Below are positions 39,169-53,332 of a DNA stretch of 64,000 bases, one piece after another. Each line of letters starts with the position of its first letter. Within the stretch, counting starts at the first letter, position 1. This DNA comes from Octopus vulgaris. Its lineage: Eukaryota. The notes under the pieces were generated by a model that made no database searches, was not told the DNA's origin, and saw only the letters and a list, made by a program, of their open reading frames with translations. Location of the stretch: positions 66,526,001-66,590,000 of the forward strand of contig OX597820.1 in NCBI GenBank assembly GCA_951406725.2, in the 5' to 3' direction. Both the position numbers and the translations under genes were made by a program.

Positions 39169-39171
<3 letters not shown>
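39026..39171. repeat. Inverted repeat, 70-bp arms, 6-nt spacer
   Basis: 39026-39095 versus 39102-39171 with 2 mismatches; ORFs 38921..39169(-) and 39028..39228(+) translate almost identically at their N-termini. Confidence 0.95.
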
Positions 39172-39210
<39 letters not shown>

Positions 39211-39742
39211 ACCGGCAATTCCTTTTGAAATGGTTTCGACCTCCATATTCCATCACCAGACATACACACACACACACAGGCATATTTCATTCTTCCTTTC
39301 TATTAGGCCCTTGTCTTTTTTCTCAGAGAGGCAGAATTCCTGTTGTTCTGTTCTTCGATTGATGGTCTTTTTGGAAAGGAAGAAGAATCAGTAGATAGAT
39401 GGCTGGCTGGTTGACTGGATGGATGGATGAATGGATGGTAGGTGTGGGACTTGAAGAACAAACACGATGGACGTTGGAAGAATCTGCTGCTAATTGTATA
39501 AACATTACCGATTGGCATTTTTAGTTAGCTTGTTGTTGTTTTTATGGTGCTAACAGCCAAAAATGAGGGTGTTGGGGTGAGGTGAGATGTGCATGGTGGG
39601 ATTCTCTGTTCTTTTACTCACCCGTGTTCCGTTTTCCTTCACTCAGTGGGAGGTCCTCATAAATATATTTCTCATATATTTTCCCTAGACTTGGATGGTT
39701 CCTTCCGTGCGCAGTTCAAATTCTGGTGGAGCTATTTTGATT

Positions 39743-39975
39743 TATTCTGTTGTGCCTGGGGGAGAGTCATTTTCTTTTTGTGCCTTGTAATTTAACACAC
39801 ACACGAGTATAATTTCCACTTATTTCTTATTTTTATTTTCCTAAACTTTTCGGTTGCAAGACGCCACGAAAATTTTAGGAAAATAAAAATAAGAAATAAG
39901 TGGAAATTATATCGGTGAGTGTGTTAAATTATAAGGCACAAAAAGAAAATGACTCTCCCCAGACACAACAGAATA
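39743..39975. repeat. Inverted repeat, ~110-bp arms, 14-nt spacer
   Basis: tattctgttgtgcctgggggagagtcattttctttttgtgcctt...ttcctaaacttttcg versus cgaaaattttaggaa...aaggcacaaaaagaaaatgactctccccagacacaacagaata. Confidence 0.93.
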
Positions 39976-40308
39976 TGTTTCAACACATGAACTCATATAG
40001 AGGATCTTGCAAACCAAATCCAAAACGAAATACTTTGATTTAACTTTAACAAAATTCCCAGGGGTCCAGGGGGGAAGGTCATACATGCACACTTTGTGTG
40101 TGTGTGTGATTGTGCATAAAAGTTAATTAGGGGATATATTAACCTCTTAAAGGGATGATTACATCCAAGAAGCACTGGTTCTATACCAAAGGTCTTTGGA
40201 AAATAAAATTTCCCCAAATCAGTAGGTATATATTAAGTATATATAATCTATATTAAATTGAGAGAAAATGGAGAGTTGGTGGTTTGTATTTATTAATGAA
40301 TATTTAAA

Positions 40309-40624
40309 TAAGGGTTAGGGCTAGGGGTGGGGGAAGCGTATCTTTTTTTTCTTCACAAATGTAAATAAACCCAATCTGTTTCTTAAACGAGGGACATATT
40401 CATACGGCACAGAATGCTTTCACCTCAATAGACGGTCATTGATTGGTTAAAATTGCCGAAATGCAAGAAATTAAAGACGAAATATGTTACAAACTACTGG
40501 ATTTTCTCAAGAAAGCCAAGAGAAAATGATGTTTTATAAACACATTCTACCAGTATACGAAATTTAAAATTTTTTAGTTACCTAGAAATTATGTTAAAAA
40601 CTGCCGTTCAAACCGAAAAGATCC
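40309..40624 (-). mobile_element. Truncated MITE, same family as 35991-36311, opposite orientation
   Basis: Minus strand starts ggatcttttcggtttgaacggcag; shares cgtatactggtagaatgtgt with the 27842 MITE. Confidence 0.8.
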
Positions 40625-40922
40625 ACAATTTTACATCAAACTGAAGAAGTATTTAATACTTTTTTTTGTTTTCGAAGAATACGTATTTATTAAACTTTTA
40701 ACAAGTTTAATAAATATGTACTCATATTTGAAATTGGATCTCGAAGCTTACATAAAGATTTAAATAACAGCACGTATATACTAGGTTGATTTTCAACTCT
40801 GTTGGGTAGAAAAAGTCGAAGGCTGTGAATAATAATATAGCTTGGTTTACTGTGAAGTATATTGAAAAATCTAACGATTGGTTATTAGTTTCACTATAGA
40901 TTATACACGTGTGTGAGTATGC

Positions 40923-40980
<58 letters not shown>

Positions 40981-41539
40981 GCATACGCATAAATACGTAG
41001 ATTCAGACACAAGTGTGTTTGTGTGTTGTGTGTGCATGTCTATATAAACAGTTTGTCTACACTACACACGCATTGATTTCAGTCATTTCTTTGAAGAAGT
41101 TAACCTCTCATCTTGTGTATCACGTCTGCTGTCTCCGTTATTATTTGGTCAGAAAACCCTCTGTTTATTAAATATGACAGAAACACCTTCTGATAAATGT
41201 AATAAACCATTGTTGCCATAGACTTAATACCCTAATCTCCTTATCCCCCACCTAACTGATAGTGGCACCACCTCAAACCCACACTGCTTACCTTTAATTA
41301 AGTGCTACAAGGTACAATTTAATATTTCTTTTCATCACTGTTGAATATCTTTCTATCTATCTGTCTCTCTATTTTATCTATCAGTCTATCTTTCTGCCAA
41401 TCTGTCTGTCTGTTCATGTTTCTCTTTCTGTCTGTCTGTCTCTGTTTCTCTATCCTTCTGTCTACCTATTTGTCTATCTTTCTGTTTACCTGTCTCTTTA
41501 CCTTTCTGTCTATCTGTGTATCTTTCTATCTATTTAGTT

Positions 41540-41655
<116 letters not shown>

Positions 41656-42025
41656 GTCTGTCTATCTGTGTTTGCCTCTGTTTATCTATCTGTCTATCTA
41701 CTTTTCTGTCATCTATGTGTATATTTTTTTTGTCTACCTGTCTATCTTTCTGTTCATCTCTCTCTGCCTGACTGTCCATCTATCTTTCTGCCTGACTCTC
41801 TCTCTTTCTCTCTAACTATCCATTTATCTGTCTGTCTTTCTATTGATAAATCTTGACCCAGCAGACCTGTAATGATCAAATCATTCCACACTTGACCATC
41901 ACCCCACTCTCTCTCTCATATATATATATAAGAATTTTTTGCATAATAAGCTAAAAAAACCAAGTGTGTAGATATTAGAGCATACACACATATATATACA
42001 CACACTCATATACACACACTCATAT

Positions 42026-42080
<55 letters not shown>

Positions 42081-42990
42081 CAACTCAGTTTTATATTACT
42101 GAATAAGGGGCTGTTTGTTGTTTGAGGGATATTCCGTTGCCATTTCAAACAGGTTTGCAAAGCCCACACAGTGGGCTCCTAAGGGAATACATTTCGAAGC
42201 GTTGATGATATATATATATACACATATATAATATGGTGACAGACCAACAAGCAACTAGTGTGTTTTACAAACCATTAGAGATATACAGTTATATTTTCTC
42301 AATAGAAGTCTGTGGAACTGGTCTTGTGTGTTTCAGGAATATTTGATTTGCGGACACAAAATCTGGTTTGTTAATGTCATGAATGAAAAGGGGAGCTAAT
42401 AAAGGGAGTAGAGTAGGTGGTGGGGTGTAATCAAAATACTACCAATAATAATAATAATAATAATAATGATAATAATAATAATAGTAATTTTTTGATGTGT
42501 CTTGAAAAAGAGTAGGTGTGCGTTTGTGTGTATATTTTTCTGTTTTTTTTTTTCTTTTCTGTTTTTTTGACAATGCAGAATAAATAGCATGGTTTGTACA
42601 TCTGTTCAACACACTTGTGTGTTGTGTTTCTGAAATATGAAGCAAAGGCTGGGAGGGAAAATAAAACACAAACAGAATCATTTATTTGCTAAAACTTTTC
42701 TCTCTCTGCTGTAATTGGATTTAAAGAAATATATAGTGGAACTATGGAGGAGGCGGAGGTGGTGGTGTGGTGGTCAGAGCAGCAATGGTGGTGGTAGTGG
42801 TGGTATTGGTTGAGATGGAATGGAGATAAAGAATTTTAAAAAAAGAATGAAAAAATACACCAGCTTCTGTAAAAATTTCCAATATAAATGCTGTATATAT
42901 CATGTGTATATGTGTGTGTATAGATATGTATGTATGGATATGTATATATATATGTATATGTGGGCGGTGTATACATATGTGTGTGCATGG

Positions 42991-43034
<44 letters not shown>

Positions 43035-44509
43035 GGGGGTGTATACATATGTGTGTGTATGGATATGTATATATATATATATATATATATCTGTGAACAT
43101 TATCAATGGATAGATAGTTATATACGTGTGTGTATGTGTGTGAGGAAATGAAAATAAGAGCAGGACAAGATAAAAGTTATTGTGTTTCATTCTAATAGTT
43201 ACAGAAAATAGAATTGTTCTTAATAATTTGGACACAAATCCTTCATCAGTAAATGAAGGAGAGGCATGGGAGAAAGAAATGGAAAAGGCAGAATAGTTGT
43301 AAATTTCATGTTTTTAATCACTGTGCTGTTTTGATTATGTACATAGACAAAAGAAATGTATGCACTCGTACACGCATACATGCAGAAACACTTAGGCATT
43401 AAAGAGACGTGCACACAGAATGTGAGTGCAAGTGTATGCACCTCCATATGTATATGTACATGCTAACACATCTGCAGAGTTGCAAATCCCTGGAACTGTC
43501 TAAACTAAAAAGAAGTCTTGTCACTTTGTTAGCGACTGAATTGAACTCTATGAAGAACTTAAGATAAATCTCTAAGAAGACATACACACAAGTTGAGATA
43601 AATGTGTGTGTATATATGTATATGTTCATACATGTGTGAAAACGTGTGTGTATATACACATATGTACATGTATATGTATATATGAATATTTGTATATATA
43701 TATATATATATATATATAGTGTATGCATGTATATGTGTTTGTGTGTGTGTATATATATATATTTATATATGTGTATTTATGTATGTATATATGCACACGT
43801 GTTTGTGTGTATGCATGTTGCATATATATTGACATCTTATTGATAAGCCTTATCGATTAAATCAACTTAAAGGGGTTTGACAAAATAATGCCAGGAATTC
43901 AATGATGTTTCACTCTTCCAGTCTTCCACTTCTGGCATTCCTCTACCTTGTGAAGCATTCATTGAACTTTCCAATTCCAATACCCACAGTAAAATTGTTA
44001 CTTCTGCAACTGTATTGAATTCTCTGTTTCTTTGACATATCTGTCCCTAGTGCAAAACATATCGACTCCGAAAGAATGCATGACAAAGTTAAACCGGAAT
44101 AATATTAGTTTTCAAAATTTTGGCACAAGGCCAGTAATTATAGGGTGGGGGCAGCAGTGGTGGTGGTGGGTGGGATGAGGGTAGGGGTTCAGTTGATTGT
44201 ATCACCCATAGTGCTCAACCCCAAAAGGATGAAGGGCAAAGCTGGTCTCGGTGGAATTTGAACCCAGAACGAAAAGGATGGACGAAACGCCACGTAGAAT
44301 TTTGCCCGGTATGCTAATGATTCTGTATGCTTACCACCTTAAAGAACCCGAATAACATTGCGAAGAATTTCTCTGAACTTCCTAACTATTCTGTCAGCTT
44401 GTTTCCATAGCTTGCTTTAATATAATAACTGCAGTTTTAACGAACACACTCACATATATGTATAATTAATACATACACACATATATATATACATGTACAT
44501 GTGTTTGAT

Positions 44510-44566
<57 letters not shown>

Positions 44567-45406
44567 GTATCCATTCTCTTTTTTTAATATTTTTATGTGT
44601 ATGTATCTGTATGTATGTATGTATGTATGTATGTATGTACATATGTATGTATGTATGTGTATATATTTACAGATTCAATGTCAACAAAAATAAGCAGATA
44701 AGAATTATAGATTTACATTGGTGAATTTTCTTTTTGCTTTTTTTTTTATCTTCAAAGATAGAAGAAATTTCCATCTGCTTTCTCTTTCTCTCTCTTTTCC
44801 TCTCTCTTTCCTCTCTCACCCCCCCCTCTTATCTTGTTCTCCACTTTTACTTTTCCTCTCCCTCTCACTCCCTTTCCCTTCCCCCTCATCCATCCATCCA
44901 CACTCACCCCACTCCCTCAATTTACAACATAGACTACTTCCTGTTTTATTTGTATATTCAAAGACAAAACAAATTTCCCAAATATACACGTTCCCCCTAC
45001 CCACCCCACCCCCACCTTCACCATCCCTTATTTCATCTCAGTTCCCTAAAAATATACCAAACAAAATATTAAACATGTACCACTTCAATTGACATTTTTG
45101 ATAGATTTTTTTCTTTAGTTCCCCTTCCTCCCCTCACTACACTCTCTCTCTCTCTCTTTCTCTCTGCCACCCTCCCTCCCTCCATCCCTCCTTCCCTCCA
45201 TCTTTGCCTGTCTTCTTTCCTCTAAATCTTTCTCTAAATCTCCAATATGGATTTTACGATTCTCTCCACCAAAACCTCCTCCCTCTCTCTCTCTTCCACC
45301 CTACCTCACTCATAACCTTCTTTTAATACAACATGTATGTTTGTCTTTTGAAATTAACGGAACCAAATATTATAATCATCATCATCATCATCATTATTAT
45401 TATTAA

Positions 45407-45661
45407 TAAGGCAACGAGCTGGCAGAATCGTTAGCACGCCGGGTGAAATGCTTAGCAGTATTTCGTCTGTCTTTACGTTCTGAGTTCAAATGCTGCTGGG
45501 GTTGACTTTGCCTTTCAATCCTTTCGGGGTCAATAAATTAAGTACCAGTTGCTTACTGGGGTTGATGGAATCGACTAGTCCCCTCCCCCAAATTTCAGGC
45601 CTTGTGCCTATAGTAGAAAGGATTCTTCCTCTTCTTCCTCTTCTTATTCTTCTTCTTCTAC

Positions 45662-45698
<37 letters not shown>

Positions 45699-45726
45699 GA
45701 TTATTATTATTATTATTATTATTATG

Positions 45727-45761
<35 letters not shown>

Positions 45762-46190
45762 GGCGGCAAGCTGGCAGAATCGTTAGCACACCAAGAGAAA
45801 TGCTTAGTGATATGTCGTCTGTCTTCCTGTTCCAAGTTCAAATGCCGCCGGGGTCAACTTTGCCGTTCATCCTTTCAGGGTTGATAAATTAAGTACCAGT
45901 TACACACTGGGGTGATGTAATCAACTTAATCCCTCCCCATAAATTTGAGGCTTTGTGCTTCCAATAGAAAGGATTATTATTATTATTATTATTATTTCAA
46001 ATTTTGGCACAAGGCCAGCAGTTTTTGATTGGAGGAGGAAATCAATTACAATGAACCCAACATTCAACTGGTACTCATTTTATCAACCCCAAAAGGAACA
46101 AAGCTGACCTCAGCAAAACTGGAACTCAGAATGTAAAAGACGGACGAAATGCCGTGAAGCATTTTGTCTGACACGCTAACAGATTGATAA
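45407..46190. mobile_element. Three Nin/Deu-like SINEs: two tandem on + (45407-45625, 45760-45975), one on - (~46000-46190), joined by (ATT)n
   Basis: Heads aaggcaacgagctggcagaatcgttagcac and aaggcggcaagctggcagaatcgttagcac; tails tagaaaggatt followed by (ctt)/(att)n. Confidence 0.85.
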
Positions 46191-47077
46191 TAGTAATCAT
46201 AAAAATTAATTGCTTTTAATGTTAACCATGCCAACGATTTGATGGCAAAGAGCTTAGTCAATTAAATCAACTCCAATACATAACAAGTACTTCAGTTTTG
46301 CAAAGATGAAAGCAGTATCTGAATCCATAATGGTAAAGGCTATAACTAAATACTGCAAAACACTCTGTACCAAATCTCTAAGAATTATGCCAATATTATT
46401 TGTTTCTAATTCAAACACCCCTCCCACACACACACCTAGAATTAAATATATACACACTCACACATAAATAATATGGTAAAGATGTTGGTAGGCTTTTGAA
46501 CACATACATGCAGAAATTAACACATATACACATGTATATTAACCATATCCTACACTAACATGTAGGGTTTTTTTTTTTGTTTGAAAATATATACACACAC
46601 AAATATATATACAGAATTATACATACACACATGTACCACTCTAACATGTGTATCTAGTTGTATGCGTCTGTGAGGATGTAAGCGTCTTCAGACTATCATT
46701 ATGTGTTATAGCTAGTGTGTGTGTGTGTGTGTGTGTGCGAGTGCATGCGTGTGTGTGTGTGGTTTACAGTGTATGTTTATTAGTATGATTAGTTTGTGTA
46801 TGTGTGTGTGTATGTGTAATATAGATTATTTATTTACTTATTTAATACAATTTAATGTATGTTTATAAAAGATTAATTCAATAATTGGAATCCGACTGCA
46901 AATCTCTGGAAAAAAATTGCAAAAATAAAAAAAATTAACAAAGTAACAAAAAAAAATGTCAGATTACTGTTATGTCATCTCTTTTTCTTTCTCTCCTCAC
47001 ATATTTATTTAAGCTACATCCATATACGCACATACATGTATAGTCTTATATATACATATACACTCACTCATATAATC

Positions 47078-47132
<55 letters not shown>

Positions 47133-47219
47133 TAATGAGAAACTATTGCAGAATTTTTCTTATAAGTTCAGTATTGTAAAGTTCTTAAGATGAGAGATAT
47201 TTATATATAAAAACATATT

Positions 47220-47309
47220 TGTGTGTGTGTGTGTGTGTATATACATATACATACGTATATATCTATAGATAGATAGATAGATATATGTATATATGTATAT
47301 ATGTATATG

Positions 47310-47386
<77 letters not shown>

Positions 47387-47579
47387 ACAATATATAAATA
47401 TATATGTATGTATACAATATATAAATATATATATATGTATGCATACATATATATAAATATATATATATGTATGCATACATATATATAAATATATATATGT
47501 ATGTATGTATGTATACATATATATAAATATATATATATGTATGTATACATATATATAAATATATATATTTGTGTGTATG

Positions 47580-47622
<43 letters not shown>

Positions 47623-47770
47623 ACATATATATAAATATATATATTTGTGTGTATATATATATATATATGTATACACTTGTACATGTGTTGTGTTTATGTG
47701 TGTATACGCATATATGTATATACACATATGTATGTGTATCTATATATGCACACACACACACACACACATG
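47220..47770. repeat. Compound AT-rich microsatellite with a higher-order unit of ~30-38 bp (catatatataaatatatatatatgtatg)
   Basis: The tatataaatatat anchor recurs about 7 times between 47390 and 47645. Confidence 0.85.
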
Positions 47771-48614
47771 CATGTGTATTGCTATGTTTGAGACAATTTT
47801 CTCTTATTTGATACATGGATTCTAGATTAAATGTAAATTTCCCAAACTCCTTCAAAAAAGCCTGAATGAAGAAATGAAGAAGAAAAAAAGATACAGAGTT
47901 GAAAGAACTTTGGCTCATTCCATTTTCACAATCTTTATTTTTTTTTTTTTCTCCTTTTACATATATATATTTCTTCATTCATTCATTCATTTTATTTTCA
48001 TTGCTTTTTGTTTTCTTCTTCTTCTTCTTCTTCTTCTTCTTCTTCATTCAATATATTCAATATAGAGTTTTCCATTGATGTTGTTGTTGTTGTTATCGGC
48101 ATTAATGGTTATTGTTCTTAATTTTGTTTCTGTTGTTGTTGTTGTTGTTTTCGTAACTCTTATTATCTCGAGTATTGTTAAACTGAACCAGATGCTACAT
48201 TTTACATACATAAAAGAAAGAACAACCCCACAACCACCAAAAAAAAAACCCCCAAAAAATCCCAGTAAAAAACAGTAAAAAAAAAAACGGTAAATAATAT
48301 GGCATTGGTTTTTGTTGTTTCTCATTGCAATGATTGTCGGGCATCTTCACTGACTGTTGTCATTATTAGCATCGCTGTTGTCATTGTAGTCATTGTCATC
48401 GCCAGGGTTATTACCGATGCTGCTACTGCGGTTGTCATTGTTTGTTGTTATTATCAAACTTTTTTACTGTCATCGTTACTTAACGAAAAAAAATTAATTA
48501 ATAGATTGTGTCCGCTGCTTCTTCTTCTCTACCCCGTTGTGTTTAACCATTCTCTGTTGCAAATTTCCATTTTTATCCCACAAGAGCCCCACTACACCCT
48601 GTTCTTTCGACGAC

Positions 48615-48777
48615 ACCATCATCGCCAGCATCACCACTGCTATTACAACTGCCACCACCACCACCACCAGTACTACTACTCCCACAGCTATCATCACTAC
48701 TGCTACTATCATGATCATCAACACCACCACCACTACTACTACTGCTACTATCATGACCATCAACACCACCACTACTG

Positions 48778-48820
<43 letters not shown>

Positions 48821-48861
48821 CACTATTACTTCTATCACCACCACCACCACTACTACTACTA

Positions 48862-48895
<34 letters not shown>

Positions 48896-49030
48896 CACTA
48901 CTACTACCACTACTACTACCACTACTACTACTACCACTACTACTACTACCACCACCACCACTACTACAACTACGAATACCACCACCACTACAACTACTAC
49001 CACAACTACCACCACTACTACCATCACCAT
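48615..49030. repeat. (ACT/ACC)n trinucleotide tract
   Basis: Direct reading; source of the poly-T/V/S/Y ORFs. Confidence 0.95.
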
Positions 49031-49868
49031 CAGCAGTAGGACTACGGTGACTATATGTCACCAATATCACAATATTGTCACATTGGTCAATTCTACCCAC
49101 CACCACCACCCATCATTGTGTCATTATCATCATCATCACTATCACCATCATAATCATCATCATCTCAAAACAACAATTCTACATACCACCACCACCACCA
49201 CCAACGATAACAACAATACTCCATCCAATTGCCATCATCACAAGTAACATTGTTATGATCATCACCCCCACCACCACCGTCTTGTATCATCATCATCATC
49301 ATCCTCATCAACATCATCATCCGAAATAATACAACCGATGCTTACCTACCAGCAGTGTTGCCACTGTGTGACCACCACCACCACCACCATCACCATTATC
49401 TCTACCACTGCCGCCACCCCCACCTGCATCATCATCATCATCATCATCACCAGCATCATTGTCATCATCATCATAACTATATAGGCATTGTTACCAATGC
49501 TGTGTCATTACCAGAACTACCACTGCCACAACCATCTCTACCACTCTTGCAATTGCTGTCACATGCATCACTACCATTATTACCATTACCATCATCATCA
49601 TCATCATCTTCATGACCACCAACCGCCACCATGGCCAGTTTTATTACCCTTGTCATCAGTACTCTTACCACTGCCATCACCATCACCACCACCATCTCTA
49701 CCACTGGCTACTGTTACTACACAATGTCCAATACATGTGTTTTTATTCCTTAGACCTTGCATCTACATTTTTAATAATAAAACTGTGTATGTGTGTATAG
49801 ATAGATAGACACACAGACACACACACACACACTCACAGTGGCTAGTAGATGTATACGCACATACAGGC

Positions 49869-49899
<31 letters not shown>

Positions 49900-50058
49900 T
49901 ATACGACGGGCTTCTTTCAGTTTCTGTCTACCAAATCCACTCACAAGGCTTTGGTCGGCCACAGACTATAATAGAAGACACATGCCCAAGGTGCCATGCA
50001 GTGGGACTGAACCCAGAACCATGTGGTTGGTAAGCAAGCTACTTACCACACAGCCACT
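49900..50058 (-). mobile_element. SINE family A 5' half
   Basis: tacgacgggcttctttcagtttctgtctaccaaatccactcac...cttaccacacagccact. Confidence 0.85.
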
Positions 50059-50120
50059 CATATACATATATATATATATATTCATTCACACATACAAGCA
50101 TATGTGTGTATGTATATGTG

Positions 50121-50177
<57 letters not shown>

Positions 50178-50589
50178 ATATATGGATATATGCAATCATA
50201 AATACTCTAAATAGTCTTATTGTTTATAATGCTTCCGATTTTGAAATTTTCATCGCTCCCTCCCCACACCCCCATCCCCTCTCCCTCCACACACACATAC
50301 ACATGCACACATTGAGAGATCAATATGCATACATGTGCATCTGCATGTTTGCATTTGCTTTCCATAGTTGGTGTTGTTGTTGTCGTTATTGTTAAAAATC
50401 TAATTACATCACCTGAATACACTCGTCTAAGCTCATATTGTGTGTGTGTGTGTGTGCGTGCATGAGAAAGCGTGTGAGTTTGGCGGGTATGCTACAGTTG
50501 TATTTTTTTTGTTTTTTTTAGTTTTTTTATATGCATGTGCGTGTATGTAATTGCATATACAACATGGGCTCTGTGTTATATTTATCATC

Positions 50590-51330
50590 GTTATGATCAT
50601 CACATCATCAGCATCATTATCTTCATCATCATCATCATCATCATCACCTTGACTAGCTTCACCATCACCATCACCTTGGCACCATCACCATCATCATCAT
50701 CATCACCAACCACTACCGTGATGGCCATCATCAGCAACATCAGTACTACCACCACCATTGCCATCACCAATTCTCCTCCCCCTCATCATCATCATCATCA
50801 TCACCATCACCATCATCACCATCACCATCATCATCTCCAGAGGCAGCTGCAACACTACTGCCACTACCACCACCATCATCATCATTGTCATCATCACCAT
50901 CATCATCACCTTCATCATTGCCATCATTATCACCACCATCACCACTCCACCATCATCACAATCATCGCCACCACCAGTCATCTTTATATTAATCAGCATC
51001 ATTATCATCCTCATCCTTGTTGTCTTCAACACCAGCACCACCCCTATCACCACCATCAACGGCATCATCATTATTATTGTTGTTGTTGTTACTATTACTA
51101 TTATTATTTTTATTATTATCATTATTATTATTATTATTATTATTGTTATTATTATTATTATTATTATCATTATTATTATTATCATTATTATTGTTATTAT
51201 TATTATTGTTATTATTATTATTATTATTATTATCATTATTATTATCATTATTATTATTATCATTATTATTGTTATTATTATTATTGTTATTATTATTATT
51301 ATTATCATTATTATTATCATTATTATTATT
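50590..51330. repeat. (CAT/CAC)n grading into (ATT/ATC/GTT)n tract
   Basis: Direct reading; explains the 339-aa poly-H/Y ORF. Confidence 0.95.
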
Positions 51331-51633
51331 ACAAACTATTATATTCTCTCCTCAAGTTCTTCAGTTCTTCATTCATTCTTCGTTCTGTACATTTTCCCTC
51401 AACAACCAATCCTTTTGCTTCATCAAAGCAACTGTCTTCAGGTATTGATAATTTTAGCTGTTATTGTTCAATACATACTGTGCAACACAGACTAGATTTC
51501 TGGGTTTGCTTTTATTGTCTGTGGCTCCCAATAGTTTTGGGGTGGGAGATTTAATTTATTTTCTGATTTTATTTTTTGGATACCTTTCATCATTATCATC
51601 ATCATCATCATCTCTCGCTCTCTCTCTTGTCTT

Positions 51634-51664
<31 letters not shown>

Positions 51665-51808
51665 GAGAGAGAGATAGATAGATATAGTAATATATATATA
51701 TATATGCACACACACACATATATATATATATATATGCTTCTATATATGTATGTATATGTATGCATATACATACATATATAGGTATGTGTGTATATGTATG
51801 TTTATAAA

Positions 51809-51842
<34 letters not shown>

Positions 51843-52609
51843 CTCACACATTCTTCAGTTCATATTTAGATAATAGGTTTTCATCTACACATCTCTCTCT
51901 CTCTCATACTTCCGCTCAACCCATTTATTCTGTTTGATTCGTTAATCCATAAATATTAATGATAATAATGATTTTTTAGGATGGATTCTATTATTATTAT
52001 TATTATTACGAGGGCGGCCGACGAGGAATAATAATCGTAAAAATAATGATTTCATTAAATGAAATCATTACCATCATCATTATTATTATTATTATCATCA
52101 TCATCATCATTTTTCTCTTTGTCTGTCGTCCTTGTGGCAAATAAAGAACCGATTATTAATATAATTATTATTATTATTAATGTTGATATTCCAGTTATTA
52201 ATATTTAGTGTAAATTATTATCCAGTTCCCTCAGCTCCCGTCCTCCCCTTTTAAATAAAAAATATCGATTTTCATCCCCCATCGTTGCTCTTTATCTCTT
52301 CAACCTTCCTTTGTGTGTGTGTCCTAAGTGCCTATCCTTAGTCTATTCTCTGTATTCTTATTGTTTCATTGATGTCCTGGAGATCTTTCATCTTGAGTCA
52401 CTTCATTCATTGTGCAGTGCATAGCATCGCACCTTTTCCCCTCCACCGCCACCACAAGCACCACCTTGAACCTGGCTATTCACATTAAAGGCAGGTTTGG
52501 TTTCAGAATATATATCTCTCCCTCTATGTCAGTCAGTTTCTATGTGTGTGTATGTATATATATCTAAGTATAATATATGTATGTATGTGATACACACATA
52601 CATACATAT

Positions 52610-52864
52610 TTTTTTATTCTTTTACTTGTTTCAGTCATTTTTATTCTTTTACTTGTTTCAGTCATTTGACTGCGGCCATGCTGCAACACCGCCTTTAGTT
52701 GAACAAATCAACTCCAGGACTTGTTCTTTGTAAGCCTGGTACTTGTTCTATTCGTCTCCTTTGCTGAACCGCTAAGTAATGGGGATGTAAACGCATCAAC
52801 ATCGGTTGTCAAGCGATGGGGTGGAGGACAAACAGGGAAACACACAAAAATATATATATGTATA

Positions 52865-52895
<31 letters not shown>

Positions 52896-53078
52896 GTATA
52901 TATATATATATACACACACAATGGGCTTCTTCCAGTTTCTGTCTACAAAATCCACTCACAAGGCTTTGGTCAGCCCAAGGTTACAGTAGAGGACACTTAC
53001 CCAAGTTGCTACGCAGTGCGACTGAACCCAGAACCATGTGGTTAGGAAGCAAGCTTCTTACCACACAGCCACTCCTAT
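52610..53078 (-). mobile_element. SINE family A, near full length, with duplicated 3' end
   Basis: ttttattcttttacttgtttcagtcattt occurs twice in tandem (~52612-52667); head cttaccacacagccactcct at ~53057-53076. Confidence 0.85.
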
Positions 53079-53332
53079 ATATTTATTATTTATTTATTGG
53101 TTTCAAATTTTGGCACAAAGCCAGCAATTTCAGGGGTGAGTGTAAATGTAAGTTACATCGACCCCAGTGCTCAACCAGTGCTTATTTTATCAATCTGAAA
53201 ATGATGAAGGGTAAAGTTCACCCTGGTGGTATTTGAACTCAGAATGTTAAGTCAGAAAAAAATACCACTATACATTTACTGTTTCTGGTGTGGTAACAAT
53301 TGACACAGATACATATAAACATAATCAACCAC

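Noticed and set aside
40309-40333. Telomere-like/G-quadruplex tract agggttagggctaggggtggggg
   Set aside because: Internal part of the MITE family (complement cctaaccctaa at ~36199-36209), not an interstitial telomere.
43451-43568. Possible terminal exon (SCKSLELSKLKRSLVTLLATELNSMKNLR*)
   Set aside because: The acceptor lacks a polypyrimidine tract and I recognise no homology; compatible with chance.
48299-49247. Mucin-like poly-Thr and His/Tyr ORFs
   Set aside because: (ACT/ACC)n tract open in several frames on both strands; no complex flanking coding sequence.
50535-51554. Longest ORF (339 aa, His/Tyr-rich)
   Set aside because: Open only because trinucleotide microsatellites lack stops; several overlapping frames on both strands are open and there is no domain or splice signal.
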